Assembly (NCBI RefSeq): GCF_018977255.1
Contig: NW_024704743.1
Location: forward strand, 77,254,001-77,318,000
Direction of reading: 5' to 3'
Length of the DNA stretch: 64,000 nucleotides
From: Callorhinchus milii
Lineage: Eukaryota
Part shown: positions 37,981 to 51,650 of the stretch, piece after piece
How the letters are laid out: every line of letters begins with the position of its first letter
Position numbering within the stretch: the stretch's first letter is position 1
The notes under the pieces: generated by a model
Databases searched by the model: none
Seen by the model: the letters and a program-made list of their open reading frames with translations, nothing else
Told to the model about the DNA's origin: nothing
Translations under genes and position numbers: made by a program

Positions 37981-38525
37981 CAACAACAACTTGCATTTAT
38001 ATAGCGCCCTTCATGCTGGGTAGTGTCCCAGAAGGTGGAGTCTGACCCTGAGCCAGGGGGAGAAGGAGTGGGAGGTGACCTTAAGTACGATCAAAAAGGA
38101 AGGTCTTTAGGTGGAATTTGATAGTGGGGAGATAGGGGGCAAGGTGGAGGGATTGAGGGAGGGAGGGAGTTCCAGAACTTCAGGGCGTAGTGGCTGAAAA
38201 CACGGCTGCTGACGGTGGAGCGGAGGGAGCGATGGACGAACAGGATGCAGAACCAACTGATCGGAGTCAATGGGTGGTGGAGTGAGAGTTAAGCAAATGG
38301 ACAGGTAGGGAGGTGTGAGGGTAAGAAGGGATTTAAAAACAAGTGAGAGGATCTTGAAATCGATCTGTTGGTAATTGGGAGTCAGTGGAGCCTGGCAAAG
38401 AATGGTGTGATGGGGGTCCGGAGTTTTGTGCAGTTAGTATCCGGGCGGCAGAGCTCTGAATTAATTGAATTCTGTCTATGGTGGAACTGGGGAGACCAGT
38501 GAGGTGGGCATTGGAATAGTCCAGC
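37981..38525 (-). mobile_element. L2 LINE 3' fragment
   Basis: Minus ORF LDYSNAHLTGLPSSTIDRIQLIQSSAARIL; (CAA)n tail at 37981. Confidence 0.85.
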
Positions 38526-39109
38526 AAAAGTCAGAAAACCGTTGGGAAATAATTGCAAATTTGACTATTATACAAATGATGTGCTTATAATCTGAATACT
38601 TTAGTAGAGTGCTGAGTCATGGGATTAGCACATCACTTTTATAACAAAAATTTGCATTCACATAGCGCCCCTCACAGAGGGTAGCATCCTAGTGATGGAA
38701 CACGATGTCTAGCCAGGGGAGAGGGAGGTGTCCGTAGGGACAAAATCTATCCCCAAATCCCCCTGCCGTGCCCCAGGCTGTATATTTTGGTGTTTATTTG
38801 GCCACGACAATCAACCCCAAAGCCACTGGAAAACTGTCAAAGCAATTGAGGTGGTTTGAGATCTGATGAAGGGAGTGTCACCCTAAGGCGGTGTCTTTGG
38901 CTCATACCTTGATGACACCATCTTAAACTGGAATTTGCTTTCCTTTGTTGTTGACCTGTTGTCCAAGTAGAGCAGCTGAAGAACTCTTGCCTGCCCCATA
39001 CAGGCCAGTGAAGCGACCTCTCTGCATTTGACATCTGCAGACCTTCACTGTGTTAAGGATGTAAGAGCCTCAGGGAAATGTGGCAGACAGTGACTTGAAA
39101 ACATAGTGT

Positions 39110-39139
39110 GATAATAATAATAATAATAATAATAATAAT
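39110..39139. repeat. (TAA)n microsatellite
   Basis: Directly visible. Confidence 0.9.
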
Positions 39140-39425
39140 TCATGCTCGTGTACGGTTCCAAGAACACCAGCAGCTGAATGATACCTCAGCCAGGTAGTCA
39201 TTCTTCATGTTTTGCCCAGGGTAAATAGCCAGCTGGTTATATGGCACATTGGTCCTTTCCTCACCTGAAATCCACAAAAGTTCTCACTGGTCAGTGAACT
39301 GTGATAAAGAGGTGAAACCTTGGCGGATCATTTTTTTTCTGTTCCACTACAGGAATTGTAGCCGTAACATCAAATCTGAACAGGTAACACAAAAGATCAA
39401 ACCTGGTATTCCTCTGGTTGGATTC
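39140..39425 (-). mobile_element. Ancient tRNA-SINE fragment (same family as 16155/51420)
   Basis: gtacggttcca..gatacctcagccaggtagtcattcttcatg, homologous to 53700-53735. Confidence 0.5.
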
Positions 39426-39764
39426 CTCAGTGCAATACTACATGTTTATGAGCCATCGAGGGAATTGTATCCCAAAGCAAATTTACCAAACCCTCGCCTC
39501 TGAGTCAGTTGGTAATGGGACTTTGAACTTACAACCTAGGCTGATACGCTAAAACAGTCCTGGTTGAGTGCTGCATTGTGAGAGGTGCCATCCTTCAGGT
39601 GAGATGTTAAACTTTTTAATAGTACAATGGGATTATTAAGAGGCAGACAGAATTTGGATAAAAGCCTATTTGCCTCTCTATTGTCTGTGGACAATACTGA
39701 TTATTCCAGTTATTCTGCAATGTGATCTGGTTTGTGATTTAAATAATGATGTCATGTAGATAAA

Positions 39765-41465
39765 TTGCAATCCTTGCATTTGATATATTCATGTTAGGCA
39801 GACATCCCCAAGCACTTCACAGGATTTACTGTAAAGTATAATGATTCTGTATTTGTGGACATAGCAGCAGAAAATTTTCGCACAGAAATAACCCACAACA
39901 ACCATGATGTCAATAATCAATTTATCTGAAGGATTGTTGATCAATCACTAAGAGAAACTCCCTTCACTTTTTTCAATAGTACGGTGGGAACTTTAAGATC
40001 CACCTGAAAAGGCAAACGGGACCTCAGTTTAAGGAAATTGCTCTGGTCAAGGTCACAAACGACATCCTGACCATGTGTGACCAGGGCTCCCTCTGCCTCC
40101 TCGTCCTCCTCGATTTCTCTGCCGCCTTTGACACCGTGGACCACTCAATCCTTCTCTACTGCCTCTCCTCCCACCTCAACCTTCAAGGTTCTTTCCCTGA
40201 CTGGTTCAGGTCCTACCTTTCACATCGCCTCCACTTCGTTGTGGCAAACGGCTTCTCCTCCAGCCCCCGCACCGTCTCATTTGGTGTTCCTCAGGGCTCT
40301 GTCCTCAGTCCCCTCCTCTTCACCCTCTACATGCTCCCCCTTGGTGACATCATCCACAGACATGGGGTAAATTTCCACATGTATGCGGATGACACCCAAC
40401 TCTACCTCTCTGCCTCCACCCCGAAATCCAGGACTACTGGCGTCCTGACCGACTGCTTGTCCGACATCAAGTCCTGGATGAGGGACAACTTTCTCCAACT
40501 CAACGTCAGTAAGACTGAGGCCCTCCTGATTGGCTCGTGCCAGCACCTCCGCACCTCAGGCTCTGGCAGCATCAGCCTCCACGGCTGCACACTCAACCTC
40601 ACTAAGCCAGTCAGGAACCTGGGTGTCTTGTTTGACCCTGAACTGTCCTTTCTCCCCCACATCCACGCCATGACCGGCACTGCCTACCACCACCTCCGCA
40701 ACATTGCCAGACTCCGCCACTGTCACCCCTCAGGCTGACGAAACCCTCACCCACGCATTCGTCACCTCAAGGCTTGATTACGGGAACTCCCTCCTCATCA
40801 GCCTTCCCAACTCTTCCCTTCACAAGCTGCAGGTCATCCAAAACTCTGCAGCTCATGTACTCTCACGCATCAGGCTCCGTGACCCCATCATTCGCCCGAC
40901 TCCACTGGCTCCCCATCCCCCAGAGGATCGAGTTTAAGATGCTTGTCCTCACCTTTAAGCCATCCATGTTCTTGCTTCTACCTCTCTGACCTACTGACTC
41001 CCTACCAACCTGCCCGCTCCCTCCGTTCAGTGGTCTCCGGCCTGCTCCATCTCTCCTGCCAGACCCGTCCTACCATCGGTGGCCGGGCTTTCAGCCTTTC
41101 TGGCCCCACACTCTGGAACTCCATCCCACGGTCCGTTCGCCTCGCTTCCTCCCTTGCCTCCTTCAAGGTCTTAAGACCCTTCTCTTCAACCATGCCTTAG
41201 GTCGCCCTCCCACCTCTCTGCCTTCCCTCACCCCTACACCACTCCTCCCCATGCTCGGGCCCCGATACCTGACTGTTCAGCGTTTTGGAATGTTCTCCCA
41301 ATGTGAAAGGCGCTCTATAAATGTAATTTTGTTGTTGTTGTTGTCTCATCTGAAGCATACGCCTCAGACATTGCAGCACTCAATCAGGACTGCATTGGAG
41401 TGTCAGCCAAGGCTGTGAGTTCAAAGTCCCATTACCCACTGACACAGAGGGGAGAGTGTTACCAA
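39765..41465 (-). mobile_element. DeuSINE-type SINE split by an L2 insertion (parts 39765-40032 and 41342-41465)
   Basis: gacctcagtttaa | tgtctcatctgaag rejoins into the contiguous SINE core. Confidence 0.82.
40033..41341 (+). mobile_element. 5'-truncated L2-clade LINE
   Basis: ORF 40073-40738 with GVPQGSVL, YADDTQLYLS and VRNLGV, then frameshifts and a (TTG)n tail. Closely related to 8535-10032. Confidence 0.95.
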
Positions 41466-41732
41466 CCCATTTCTATTGTCATCACCTTGTGCTGCAGTGA
41501 TGATGTCCACAATAGCTCATATACTGTTCCTTACTGATAATATAATAAGTAGCTCTTTTTAATTTTGACTTGGTATTACACCTAAAATTATTCCAATGCG
41601 ATGCCTCTTTTATTAATTATGAATTTGATGAATCATCAAGGTGAGGGATGTCATAGCTGTAAAATGTTAGCACTTCCCCATTTTAGACATTCAGTGTCAG
41701 CATCAACCACTCCCACGTCAGATATTGCAAGT

Positions 41733-41968
41733 TTACTGCCAATTCATGACAGATTGTGGGCAGTTTTGCCTTGTGGGCTACTCGGAATTGGGTTGACATT
41801 GCGCAAACTCATTTCACATAAAACCTCTAAAGTCAATGGAGAGAGAAAGAGATTGGAAATGAAAGAGAGAATAATCAAACTTTTCTCATGCAGTTTGAAC
41901 TCTGGGTTGAATTCAAACCTAAATTCCTGAGGTGAAATGATGATATTCTAATCCACGCTACCACCTAG
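41733..41968 (-). mobile_element. LF-SINE-like element
   Basis: Minus strand has tttcacctcagg..tgtgaaatgagtttg..aattggca; homologous to 46660-46884. Confidence 0.6.
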
Positions 41969-42054
41969 GTTGTACAGTGAATCTATGATGATATGAATAC
42001 TCTTTTATTTTTATTGCTTTTGCCAACTGATTTCTCAAGAATCTAAATCTTTAA

Positions 42055-42400
42055 ATAATAATAATAATCCTTATATTTGACATAGCGCTTTTCACATGGA
42101 GAGGAAATTACAGGATATTCTATAAATTATGATAATTCTTGCATTTGAAATAGCACCTTATTGTGCCATTGAAGTGTATTAACTGTGAACTTTGTAGGCA
42201 ACACAACCCTTTATCAAATTTTATGTATGTATATGAATGACTAACATTTGTTATTTGTATCATTTACAGATAAATTGAAAAATAGGAGGAACAGGCCTAG
42301 TAATAATAATATCAATAATTCTTGTATTTGATACAGCGTCTTATCATGCCATTGAGATGGCTCAAAGAGTTTCACTGAGTATACTGTAAAGTGGTAGTAA
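42055..42400 (-). mobile_element. Cluster of three short SINE 3'-tail fragments
   Basis: Three variants of ataatccttgcatttgatatagcg at ~42060, ~42130 and ~42315. Confidence 0.7.
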
Positions 42401-42514
42401 TGACAATAATCATAATATAATAATAGCGATTAATTAAAGTTTGATCAAAATATTGAAATAGTAAAATGGCCATAAAAAGCTTTCTTCATATAGAATCTAC
42501 CAATGAGATGTTAT

Positions 42515-42822
42515 TGAGACGTCATCCTTCAGATGAGATGTCAAAACAAGGTTCCTTCTGTCCTTTCCGGTGGACATTAAAGATCCCATGGCACTAGCCA
42601 AAAACTGAAAGGAGTTTCTCATGATGTCCTGGTTGACAATCCCCCAAATAAAGTTGGTTGTTCACTTCATGGCTGTTTGAGGGTCTTTGCAATGTTTGGC
42701 TGCTGTGTTTGCCTGCAAAATGCACAGTCACTGCATTTATTGTATATCTTTTGAAGTGCTTTGAAACGTCCTCCTGACGTGAAAGCTGGTACGTCAAATG
42801 CAAGGATTATATTAATTATAAT
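42515..42822 (+). mobile_element. DeuSINE-type SINE (5' truncated)
   Basis: Core and tail match the other copies. Confidence 0.8.
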
Positions 42823-44175
42823 AACTCAATGATGAAATCTTAGAAATTCATTATAGGTGTCTCTAGGAGTCTGCTTTTTATCCTCAACTTCCTGTTTATT
42901 TTAATATCAAACATTTGCAGCGCTTTGTATAAACTAGTTCAGGAGCCTTGATTGAAGTAAGCAATACATAGAAAAGTTTGCTATAGCTTTGTCTTCCACA
43001 TTGAAGGAACTTGAGACTAGCAACAACCTTCCTTCATATGTGTGGAATTCAAGTGACATTGAATCTATTATTGATGCCAGATTTATGCATGATTGGTGAT
43101 TTAAAGTTCTACTCTCAACATCACAAAAGTATTTAAACAGATCACGACAAGTCAGACCAAAGAGATATCCCATCCCCTGCTGAACTCAGCAAGAACACCG
43201 CAGCCAGCTAATAAGCATCACCGTGTGGACACAGAATGATTGTGGCCATTCTTAATTTCCTGCCAACACACTTAACATTTATATTACCTCTGTCATGAGG
43301 AATGTCATGAGCAGTAATTAAAAGGCAGCACTACATCTAAAAAAAATGTTCACTGTATCTAAAATGCTAAAAACAACTGAACAATAATCCCGACTTCTGT
43401 AGGGAATTAGTGTATTTAATTTTATTTTAAAAAAACTAATCTCCAAAAGATCACTGTTAAATTTAACCAAATGCAATATACCAAATTCAGAAGTATATTC
43501 TTCCCATCTCCCCTATCATTTCCAGTAGAAATAAATTTTTACCATTGACAGAATTGAAGATAAAGATTTTTATTTGGCACATGACTGAGAACAAATCCCA
43601 ACCCGATGTTTTGTAGTATTTTCAAATGTTTCTCACCCACCTCCCTCTCCTCATTAATTTGTTGGTATTTGAACCTCTTTACATTTGAGTGTATCAAAAA
43701 GCAGATCATGTATGAATGTGAAAAGTGATGCTTTAAATTAGTAAATTACAAATTTTCTATGAACATAGAACACAAGCATCTTTTCAGGGGTCAACAACAG
43801 ATTGTGGGTCATATTACATGTTAGATGCTGTGAGATATCTACATTTGGATGTTTGTTATATGAGTGGAAATCATTGCTCACCACATTATATGTATGTTAA
43901 AGAATTAAGATTGGAATTAATACTCATTGGAATCTGAGTAAACTCAAAAAGCTCCTCAAATGATTCTATCTCAACTTTGCAAGTTTAACAAGATCATCAT
44001 TAAGTGCATTACAGAACCTTTGCATTTGGATAAACAGTTGAAGAAAAGGAATATAAAATGGTTCATGGAATTAATGGTGAATTGGGAATAGAGGAGTTAC
44101 CTCCAGTGGAGGAAATGACACTGGCAAAGGTTTGATGTGCACAAATGGTTCCTTCCAATGCTGTAATTGTGCCTG

Positions 44176-44602
44176 GTGTCAGCTTGGTTCCATTGGTGAA
44201 GCATGGAGTCAGAAGGTTTTGGGTTCAAGGTCCACATGAGGCGTTTGAGCTCACTGTTTAGGCCGACACACCAATTCAGCGCTGGAACTGTCAGGCATTG
44301 TCAGAGGTGCCATTGTTTGGAAGCGACATTAAACTGAGGTTCCACCTGCCCAGTCAGATGGGCATTAAGGATGCCATGGTACTATTTTAAAAGGGAAAAA
44401 GTTTATCCCATTCTGGCCAACAATTCCCCGAGATTAGAAATTTGTTCATTCATTTCCTGGCTATTTGTGGGATATTACTGTGTGCAAATTGGCTGCTGTG
44501 TTTGCTTATAAATACAGTCACAACATCTTATACGGAAACTCTGAAGCACATTGAAACAATTTGAAGTGATAAGAAGCTATATCAAATGTAAGCATTATTA
44601 TT
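44176..44602 (+). mobile_element. Full-length DeuSINE-type SINE
   Basis: Head gtgtcagcttgg..gagtcagaagg..gggttcaag, core and tail present. Confidence 0.85.
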
Positions 44603-45539
44603 TACAATTGACACTAAATAGAATTTCTATAAGAAAACCAAAAGGCCTTTGCATTCAGTTGGCTGTCAACAGTTTATTCTTCTTAATTATTCTGGTCTCT
44701 CACTTGTGAACTGAGGAAAACCTTCCATCATAACATTAGGTTTGGTAGTTTTACAATCAAATATGTGTCCAAGTTCACAGGTCTCAGAAAGCTTCAATTT
44801 TGTTGATGGAGCAGCTTTCAGTGCAAAGGGACACATTTTTGTTGGCTGTTTGTTCTTTTGGATATTGAATTAAAATATTATTGACTGGCAGAGAACCAAT
44901 CATTTCTGATAACATAATATAATAAATCTTGAGGTAAGTCTCAGAATAATGCAATAGCTCTAGACAGCTTTTCCTGTGCTATTTTCCTGGTATTACAAAA
45001 ATAGTGCCTTTCACATAGGCAAACATCTCAAAGTGCTTACAGAGACTGTGGAAATCTAAGTAAGCTATGAAGTAGGAAGATTAGCGGGAGGTGACTGGAG
45101 GCTCTGTCAAAGAGTATTAGAAGGGTTTACAACTTTACTGTTACTCAAAAGCAGTGACTTTACACTAATACTTTACATGTAGATCTTTTTGTTTTATTGT
45201 TTCCCATCAATTTTCTCCCCATCACTTTACCTCTGGTGAAGCAGTGACTCACGTGACGATCACAGATTAGGACAAATATCTTAAGTGCAGCAGCATTTGA
45301 TATCAATAACACATTGGTTTCTTACACAGTGGGACATGGATGAGTGCAAATGATTCTTTTAAGTTACTTACAATGGTCAGAATTTTGTAGCCTGCAATGG
45401 ACAAGAATAACAAATCTGCTTCTGTGGTTAAAACAAGATTGGACCAGTTAAATGACTGCTTTGAATTTATCACCTTATGGAACAATGTAAATAGATGATT
45501 AGACCAATTGAATTCAGAAAGGTATGAAGGAAAGCAGGA

Positions 45540-45680
45540 ATGGGTTATTGAAATTGGTTTATTTAAGGAACGGCTTGATGCTTTGATGAGAGGATGGTAA
45601 GGTGGGTATTTGGAAAGAATGAGATCAAATAGGGCCAAAAGGCCTTCTACATCTGAAACTCTCTTATGATCTTGTGAATC
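45540..45680 (+). mobile_element. CR1 3' end fragment
   Basis: gcttgatgct..gagatcaaatagggcc..tcttatgatcttgtgaa parallels 53550-53665. Confidence 0.55.
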
Positions 45681-46659
45681 CAACAGGAGAAAAGCAATGT
45701 ATAAAATGGAGAATCCTTAGGCAAATTTATTTGACTACATTAACCTGAATTTTAAAACTGTTGAATTAAATTATAATTCATAATAAGCACCATGCCATAT
45801 CACGTTTAAATGTTTCTAAAATTGTAACTATTCTGACCAATGGGGTTGAAAAAGTCATTGCTGTGTGCAAATTGGGTGCTGCATTCATCTACAAATGCAC
45901 AGTCACTTCACTTACAAGCAATTTCCCGTTAGGCACTTTAAGATGTTTCAATATAATAGGTGCAATATCAAATGCAGGATTATGTTTAACCAAACACTTC
46001 TTATTCTTTCCAGTCAGTGACCCCATCAAACATTAAAATCAGGTACTGCACAGACAGAGCTCACAACTTCTTCATGATGGGCTAATAATGTGATTTCAGT
46101 TTATGTAGAACGAGAAAACTCATTTAGCCTATAAAGCTATCCCTTATATACCACATATAATTTAACCCATTATGAATATTACCCATTTTATAAATATATA
46201 TAAATGATAGTGATAATTGACTACAAGTAATACTATCAAGCTTGTTGAGATTTCACAATACTGAAATTCTCCTGTTGTCAACAATAAACTATTAACCTTC
46301 TGAGTGATCAGTCAAACACTGCTATCATGAAATACTCAATTGTTGGTGGATGTATTCCACAGATGACATTTTCTTGGCCCTAGCAGCATAAAAACTATAT
46401 TGTGCCATAAAGTATTTGATCGTGTGTATGTCTATAGCTATACAACCCTGTTCTTATCCAGATATTTATCTAGCTCTTTTTTTAAAAAAGAGAATTTAAT
46501 CAACATAGCAGTAATTGCTTTTGACTCAAAGTAAAGCCCCAAGTATCATTATTGACAATATTTATACTGAAGACTATAAAATAGAAGTCAAAAATAGCAT
46601 CCCAGCAACATGACATTTCCAATGGTCAGACATGCCAGCATCCTCGTGGTCTAAGTAAA

Positions 46660-46884
46660 ATTGCCCTATTAGTGCCAATTAATGTCAAGTGCTAGGATGG
46701 TTTGTGTCAAGGATATGCAGGCACTGGGACTGGGTCTATACTGGTCAAACTCATTTCATTAGAACTTTTAACAGTCATCATAGAGAAAGAGAAGAGACAT
46801 TCATCCCGGGAGACTGGGTTGAACTCAAATGTATCTCTGAGAGGTGAAAGGGCACTGTTCTAATCTATTGTGTCACTCAGTCTC
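46660..46884 (-). mobile_element. LF-SINE-like element
   Basis: Minus strand: gagactgagtgacacaatag..gccctttcacctct..gaaatgagtttg..cccagtcccagtg..cacaaacc..aattggcactaat. Confidence 0.65.
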
Positions 46885-47897
46885 ATTGAGTTTCAATGTT
46901 TAAAATAATAACAAACAAGCAGTCACATAATTCTAAGCGATACTTATCATATTGCTCTATAGCATGATGGTCTATCAGATTAACTAAACATGTTTCTCTT
47001 TAGTTCTGCATGTGTTCTAGATGATTATTCCTAATATTTTAGATGTCAGTAGTGAATAAGATTGCATGTGAATTGGAAGAAAGAAGTCAAGAATTTGATG
47101 CACATTCAAATAATGTCTACAATTATGGTATTTCACACACTGAGCTGTCAGATAATCCATTTTATTTCCCACACTGAACATTGCAAGAAACAATCATCCT
47201 GAAAAAGGTATAGGGAGGTGACTAGTCTTTAAAGTATTCCCTGGTTCGTATCAATTTCTAGCATAACATTTTTTAACACTGTAGAGAAGTTGCAGATAAA
47301 GTAATAACATTGTGAAACCTCTTCCTCTATAGTCTACATAATTAAAGGAGTAGGCTGCAGATTTGACTTAATGCCATACCATATAAACTCATGTTAACCT
47401 AAATGTACGCAGTAAATGCATGGGTAGTAAAATGAAGCATGATGACAATCTTTTAATTTGATTTAGCGCCTCATCATATCGTCAAGACGTCTCAAAGTGC
47501 TTCACAGCATATACTCTAAAGTAATGTAACTGTATGTATTTTGTTGGGGAAAATCATTAGAAAACATCCCCAATCAAGGAAAGAACACAGAAAAAGCTTA
47601 AATAAAATGCAACAAGAGGGAAAGGCAGATAGTTAGATTGAGGCCAGGTGTGCAGCTAGGGGGAAGAGAATACTCACTTTCTCTGAGAACTGACTTAAAC
47701 AGGAGAAGGTCTGGAAGATGTTCCTTGGAGGAAAGAGGGCCTATGATTTGGGGACTGATTGCCTTTGGGAGGTGGTCCATTCACTTCTGACATAAAGATC
47801 CACTAAGATAATAATAATCCTTGCATTTGATATAGATGATTAATTTGGAGTCTTTATATCATGCCTCGAGGGATGCAACCTAATCTTATGTCAGCTA

Positions 47898-48390
47898 TGT
47901 GTCAGACTGGCATACTTGATTGCACTCTTGCTTCTGAGTGAGAAGGTTGTGGGTTCAAGCCCCATATCGGGACTTTGAACTTATATAGTCTATGCTGACA
48001 CTCCAATGCAGTGTTGGTGTAGTAATGCATTGTTGGAAGTCTCAGATGAGACATTACACGAAGGTCTAGTTTGCCTGCTCAGTTGGATGTCAAACTTGGC
48101 TAACAACACCCCAAATAAAATTGCTCACTCATGGATGTTAAAGATGCCATGGTACTAATTGAAAAGAGGAAGGAGCTTCTTCCATTGTCCTGGCCAAGAA
48201 TCTGCCCAAATAAATAAAAGGTCATTATTGACTTCATGGCTGTTCGTGGAAAATTGTTGTGTGCAAAACTGTCTGCTGTGTTCACTTACAAAAAAATCAC
48301 ACAGTCACTACACTTTGCAGTATATCCAGTGAAGCACTTTGAGGCGTCCTCCCAACACGAAAAGAGCTATCTAAGATGTAAGAATTAGTA
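47898..48390 (+). mobile_element. DeuSINE-type SINE with internal rearrangement
   Basis: Head, core and tail present; a downstream core segment is duplicated at ~48093-48135. Confidence 0.8.
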
Positions 48391-48689
48391 TGCTTTATTG
48401 TGAATGAACACAAGGGTCAATTGGTATTATTTTGTAATGAACTCTATAACAAAGAAAGTCACCATACTTGACAGTAATTATTTGTGAAGAACCTTGAGAT
48501 ATTAGAATGTGATAAAACACAATATGAATATATAAAGTTGTTTTCTTCTTTTTCTCTCAATACAGTATCTGATGTGATACTGAGACAGATTAGGAAGATC
48601 CTAGATTCTGTCAGATGTCTCAGTGTTAAGTTATCTCCAGCAAAACAATGAAGGGACTAGAGAAACATCAGCCAGAGTTGATGTCCTAC

Positions 48690-48925
48690 AATGGGAGAAT
48701 TCTTTTCATACCCAGAGTAGTTAGAATATGCCTGCCCTGCTTGGAAGGGTTGTTGAGGCAGAATCCATATTAGCCATCGAAAGGGAAACTGATATGAATA
48801 CCTGAAAAGGAATCAACTTTAAGGGCATACGGAAAGGATAGGTAAATAGGATTAAAAAAAATTCTCTTAAAATATCCATCACAGACATGATGGGCCGAAT
48901 GGCATGAAATGTAAATTTGTATGAG
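48690..48925 (+). mobile_element. CR1 3' fragment
   Basis: ttcttttcatacccagagtagttaga..gttgttgaggcaga..gacatgatgggccgaatgg. Confidence 0.65.
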
Positions 48926-48939
48926 TCTGTTTTTGGGTC

Positions 48940-49248
48940 TTTAAACTCACAGTCTAGGTGAGCACTGCATTGCCAGAGATGCCGTCCTTCAGATAAGACA
49001 TTAAATTGAGGGCAAGGTGCATGTTAAAGATCCCATGATATAATTCAAAATGAGAAGGGACAATCTCCCCGATTAAAAATTGGCATTCACTTCATGGCTG
49101 TTTGTGGGGGACATTGCTGTGTGTAAATTGGCAGCTACGTTGAATTGCAAGTACACATTTATTACACTCAACACAAAACTCCACAGCACTTTGAAGTACT
49201 TTGAGGCATTTCAGTGTGGTAAGGAGCTATCTTAAATGCAAGGATTAT
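48940..49248 (+). mobile_element. DeuSINE-type SINE (deleted)
   Basis: Core and tail match. Confidence 0.75.
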
Positions 49249-51419
49249 GACCAGTTCTTGTCCAAATGATTGGCAGCAGCCAGCAGCGTAAAGCACAGAT
49301 CAGTGTTGATTGAGAGCAGCAGCTAAATTACAGAAATACTATCTTGGTGATAAAAAAATGAAAGAAAATCTCAAAACAGATTAACATTTTAAACATGAGT
49401 TTTTAGTGAGTAATATAATCTAAAGCAATCCTCCAGTACTGGACCTTATAATGTACAATCATAAACCTAACTTAATGTTAAGTTTTTTCCATTAAATAAT
49501 TCTGTTGAGGTATGAACTTTTCTGAACTGATCGCTGGTCTGGAATGAGATCTCATTGCTTCTTACAATGCTTCTAATTCCCTTCCTGTCTGCTATTCGCC
49601 TCAATGTCTCCACAACCAGTGAATACACATAGAGAACATACTACTTTCTAGCTCCAATTTTCAAATACATTACTTCTCATTTGTCGATAATTTAGCAAGA
49701 ATGTGTACAGTGGGTGAATTCAACTTGCAGAAATTGACTCAATTGAAAATTATATCGTTCTAAAATTCTTTTATTTGTCCCAAGGTATATTCAATCTAGC
49801 TCAGAGGGAAGGAAGACAGGAAACATTCTGCTGTTGTGAGGACTCTTGGCCTACCTAGCAACAGGGGATAGCTGTGTAAATGACAGTACTGACTGAAGAG
49901 GTCAGGCTCATGCTATGGAAATGTGTGTTATAGCTAACATTCAGAAATCAAGCTCATTTACCAGATGATATAGCAATGGTAAGGATACCTAAAGGTTAAG
50001 ATACATCTATGATTGCATCTTTATCAAGCCACATTCATTCAATAGAATGTTTTATGAATATTAAGTGTAGCGGTGGAGATTTAATCACCAGCATTCCCAA
50101 TTTTTCAATTACTTCTTTTGAAAAGGTTCCTATTCAATTACTGTTTGTTTTTCTACAATTGGAAACTGGGGGCACAGGACAATGTACGATTTTGGAATGT
50201 AAAGACTTATTAGCTCCCTCAGCGCAGAGGAGTCAATATAAGCTAGCAATATGTTTCTGAAATATTTGCTTGCTTGGCATCCCTGATGGGTCATTGGTAA
50301 CTGTGCAAACCAATAACAGCACAACTCAATATATACTTTGTCTCTGCTGATTAAGTTGAATCAGTTGGGGAAGGAGGAGAGGTGCTGCAGCTTCCGAGTC
50401 CATGGGCTGTACAAGGGAAAATTTAAACAGGAGGTTCTGTTAATTGTTCCTTTCGATAATATGCAGAATAAATCAGATAACTAAGGACATGAAAGTGAAT
50501 ATGTTAATTGATAACTGTTTTCATTTTATCCTGCTATATCATATTGTCAAATGACCCCATTACACTAATTTAAACATATTAATCTCATCTTGTATAAAGA
50601 GCTGTAGAAGAATTACAAAATTCTTGTACCGTACTTTGCAGTTACTGCATCAATTAAAATTACAACATGACTTTTAATCTATTCAATACTTTATCTTTAT
50701 GCCTATCTAAAATATTTGGCTAGTTCTTATCGGCGGTATAAATTAATGTTTGATGATTTTCTAACATCCACTTCTGTTGGAAATGACTAAGAAATGTACA
50801 ATGGTAGGGATATCATCTTAAAAGTCGTTCTGATTACACAGAGCTTTTACCCATAAAGATGCCTCGTAGCCAAATGTATTAACTATTTAGCTGTTGTTTA
50901 TAATTTAAGTTGAATGTTAAGTAAAATTAAGTGACATAATGTAATGCCATAATCCCAGTTGACAAACTGTGAATGAAGTATGCATTGGAGTCCCACACAG
51001 TGATATAATTGATTGCCTATAACAGCTTACAGCGAAGAGTGCCTATTATTGTACCAATCAGTCATATCTTACAAAGATCAGTCATCCTTATTGTAATCAT
51101 TTGGTGTCCCTACAGAGAATTTGAACCATCAGAAAGTCATTAGATACTGTAAAAATGAAAATTACTGCAACACAGCAGTAAGTGCTATTAACCAAATATT
51201 CAAAAGTTCATTTAAAATGTTATATAACAGCATTTTTAGACATTCTATTTTTCAGTTGTGATGTTCCTTCTGCTGCTGTATCACCGATAGTCATAATAGT
51301 CACTGATATATCATACTGATATAAATATTATTATTTACACAAGCACAAAAGAAAATATTTTATACTTAAACTTAATTCATACTTAAAAACACACAACCAT
51401 TATCATTCCCCCTTTACCC

Positions 51420-51650
51420 CGATAGCTCGGTTGGTAATGAGAGAACAGTGAAACTGAGCTATAGATCTATGTTTGATGCCTGGTTAGCTGGTATCAGCTG
51501 GGATAATAATAGAGGTACTACAATTGGCTACAGGACCCCTGAGCAATGTACAAAGCAGCCAGGATTCCTTCTTGCCATCACAAACAAGTAAGTGATTTGT
51601 TTGGAAACTGTGTGTGTACGGTCAGAATCACACTCACCAATGCTAACCCC
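51420..51650 (+). mobile_element. Ancient tRNA-SINE (AmnSINE2/MamSINE1-like; name uncertain)
   Basis: gatagctcggttggtaa head; gttagctggtatcagctggg..tacaattggc..cagccagg core. Confidence 0.55.
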
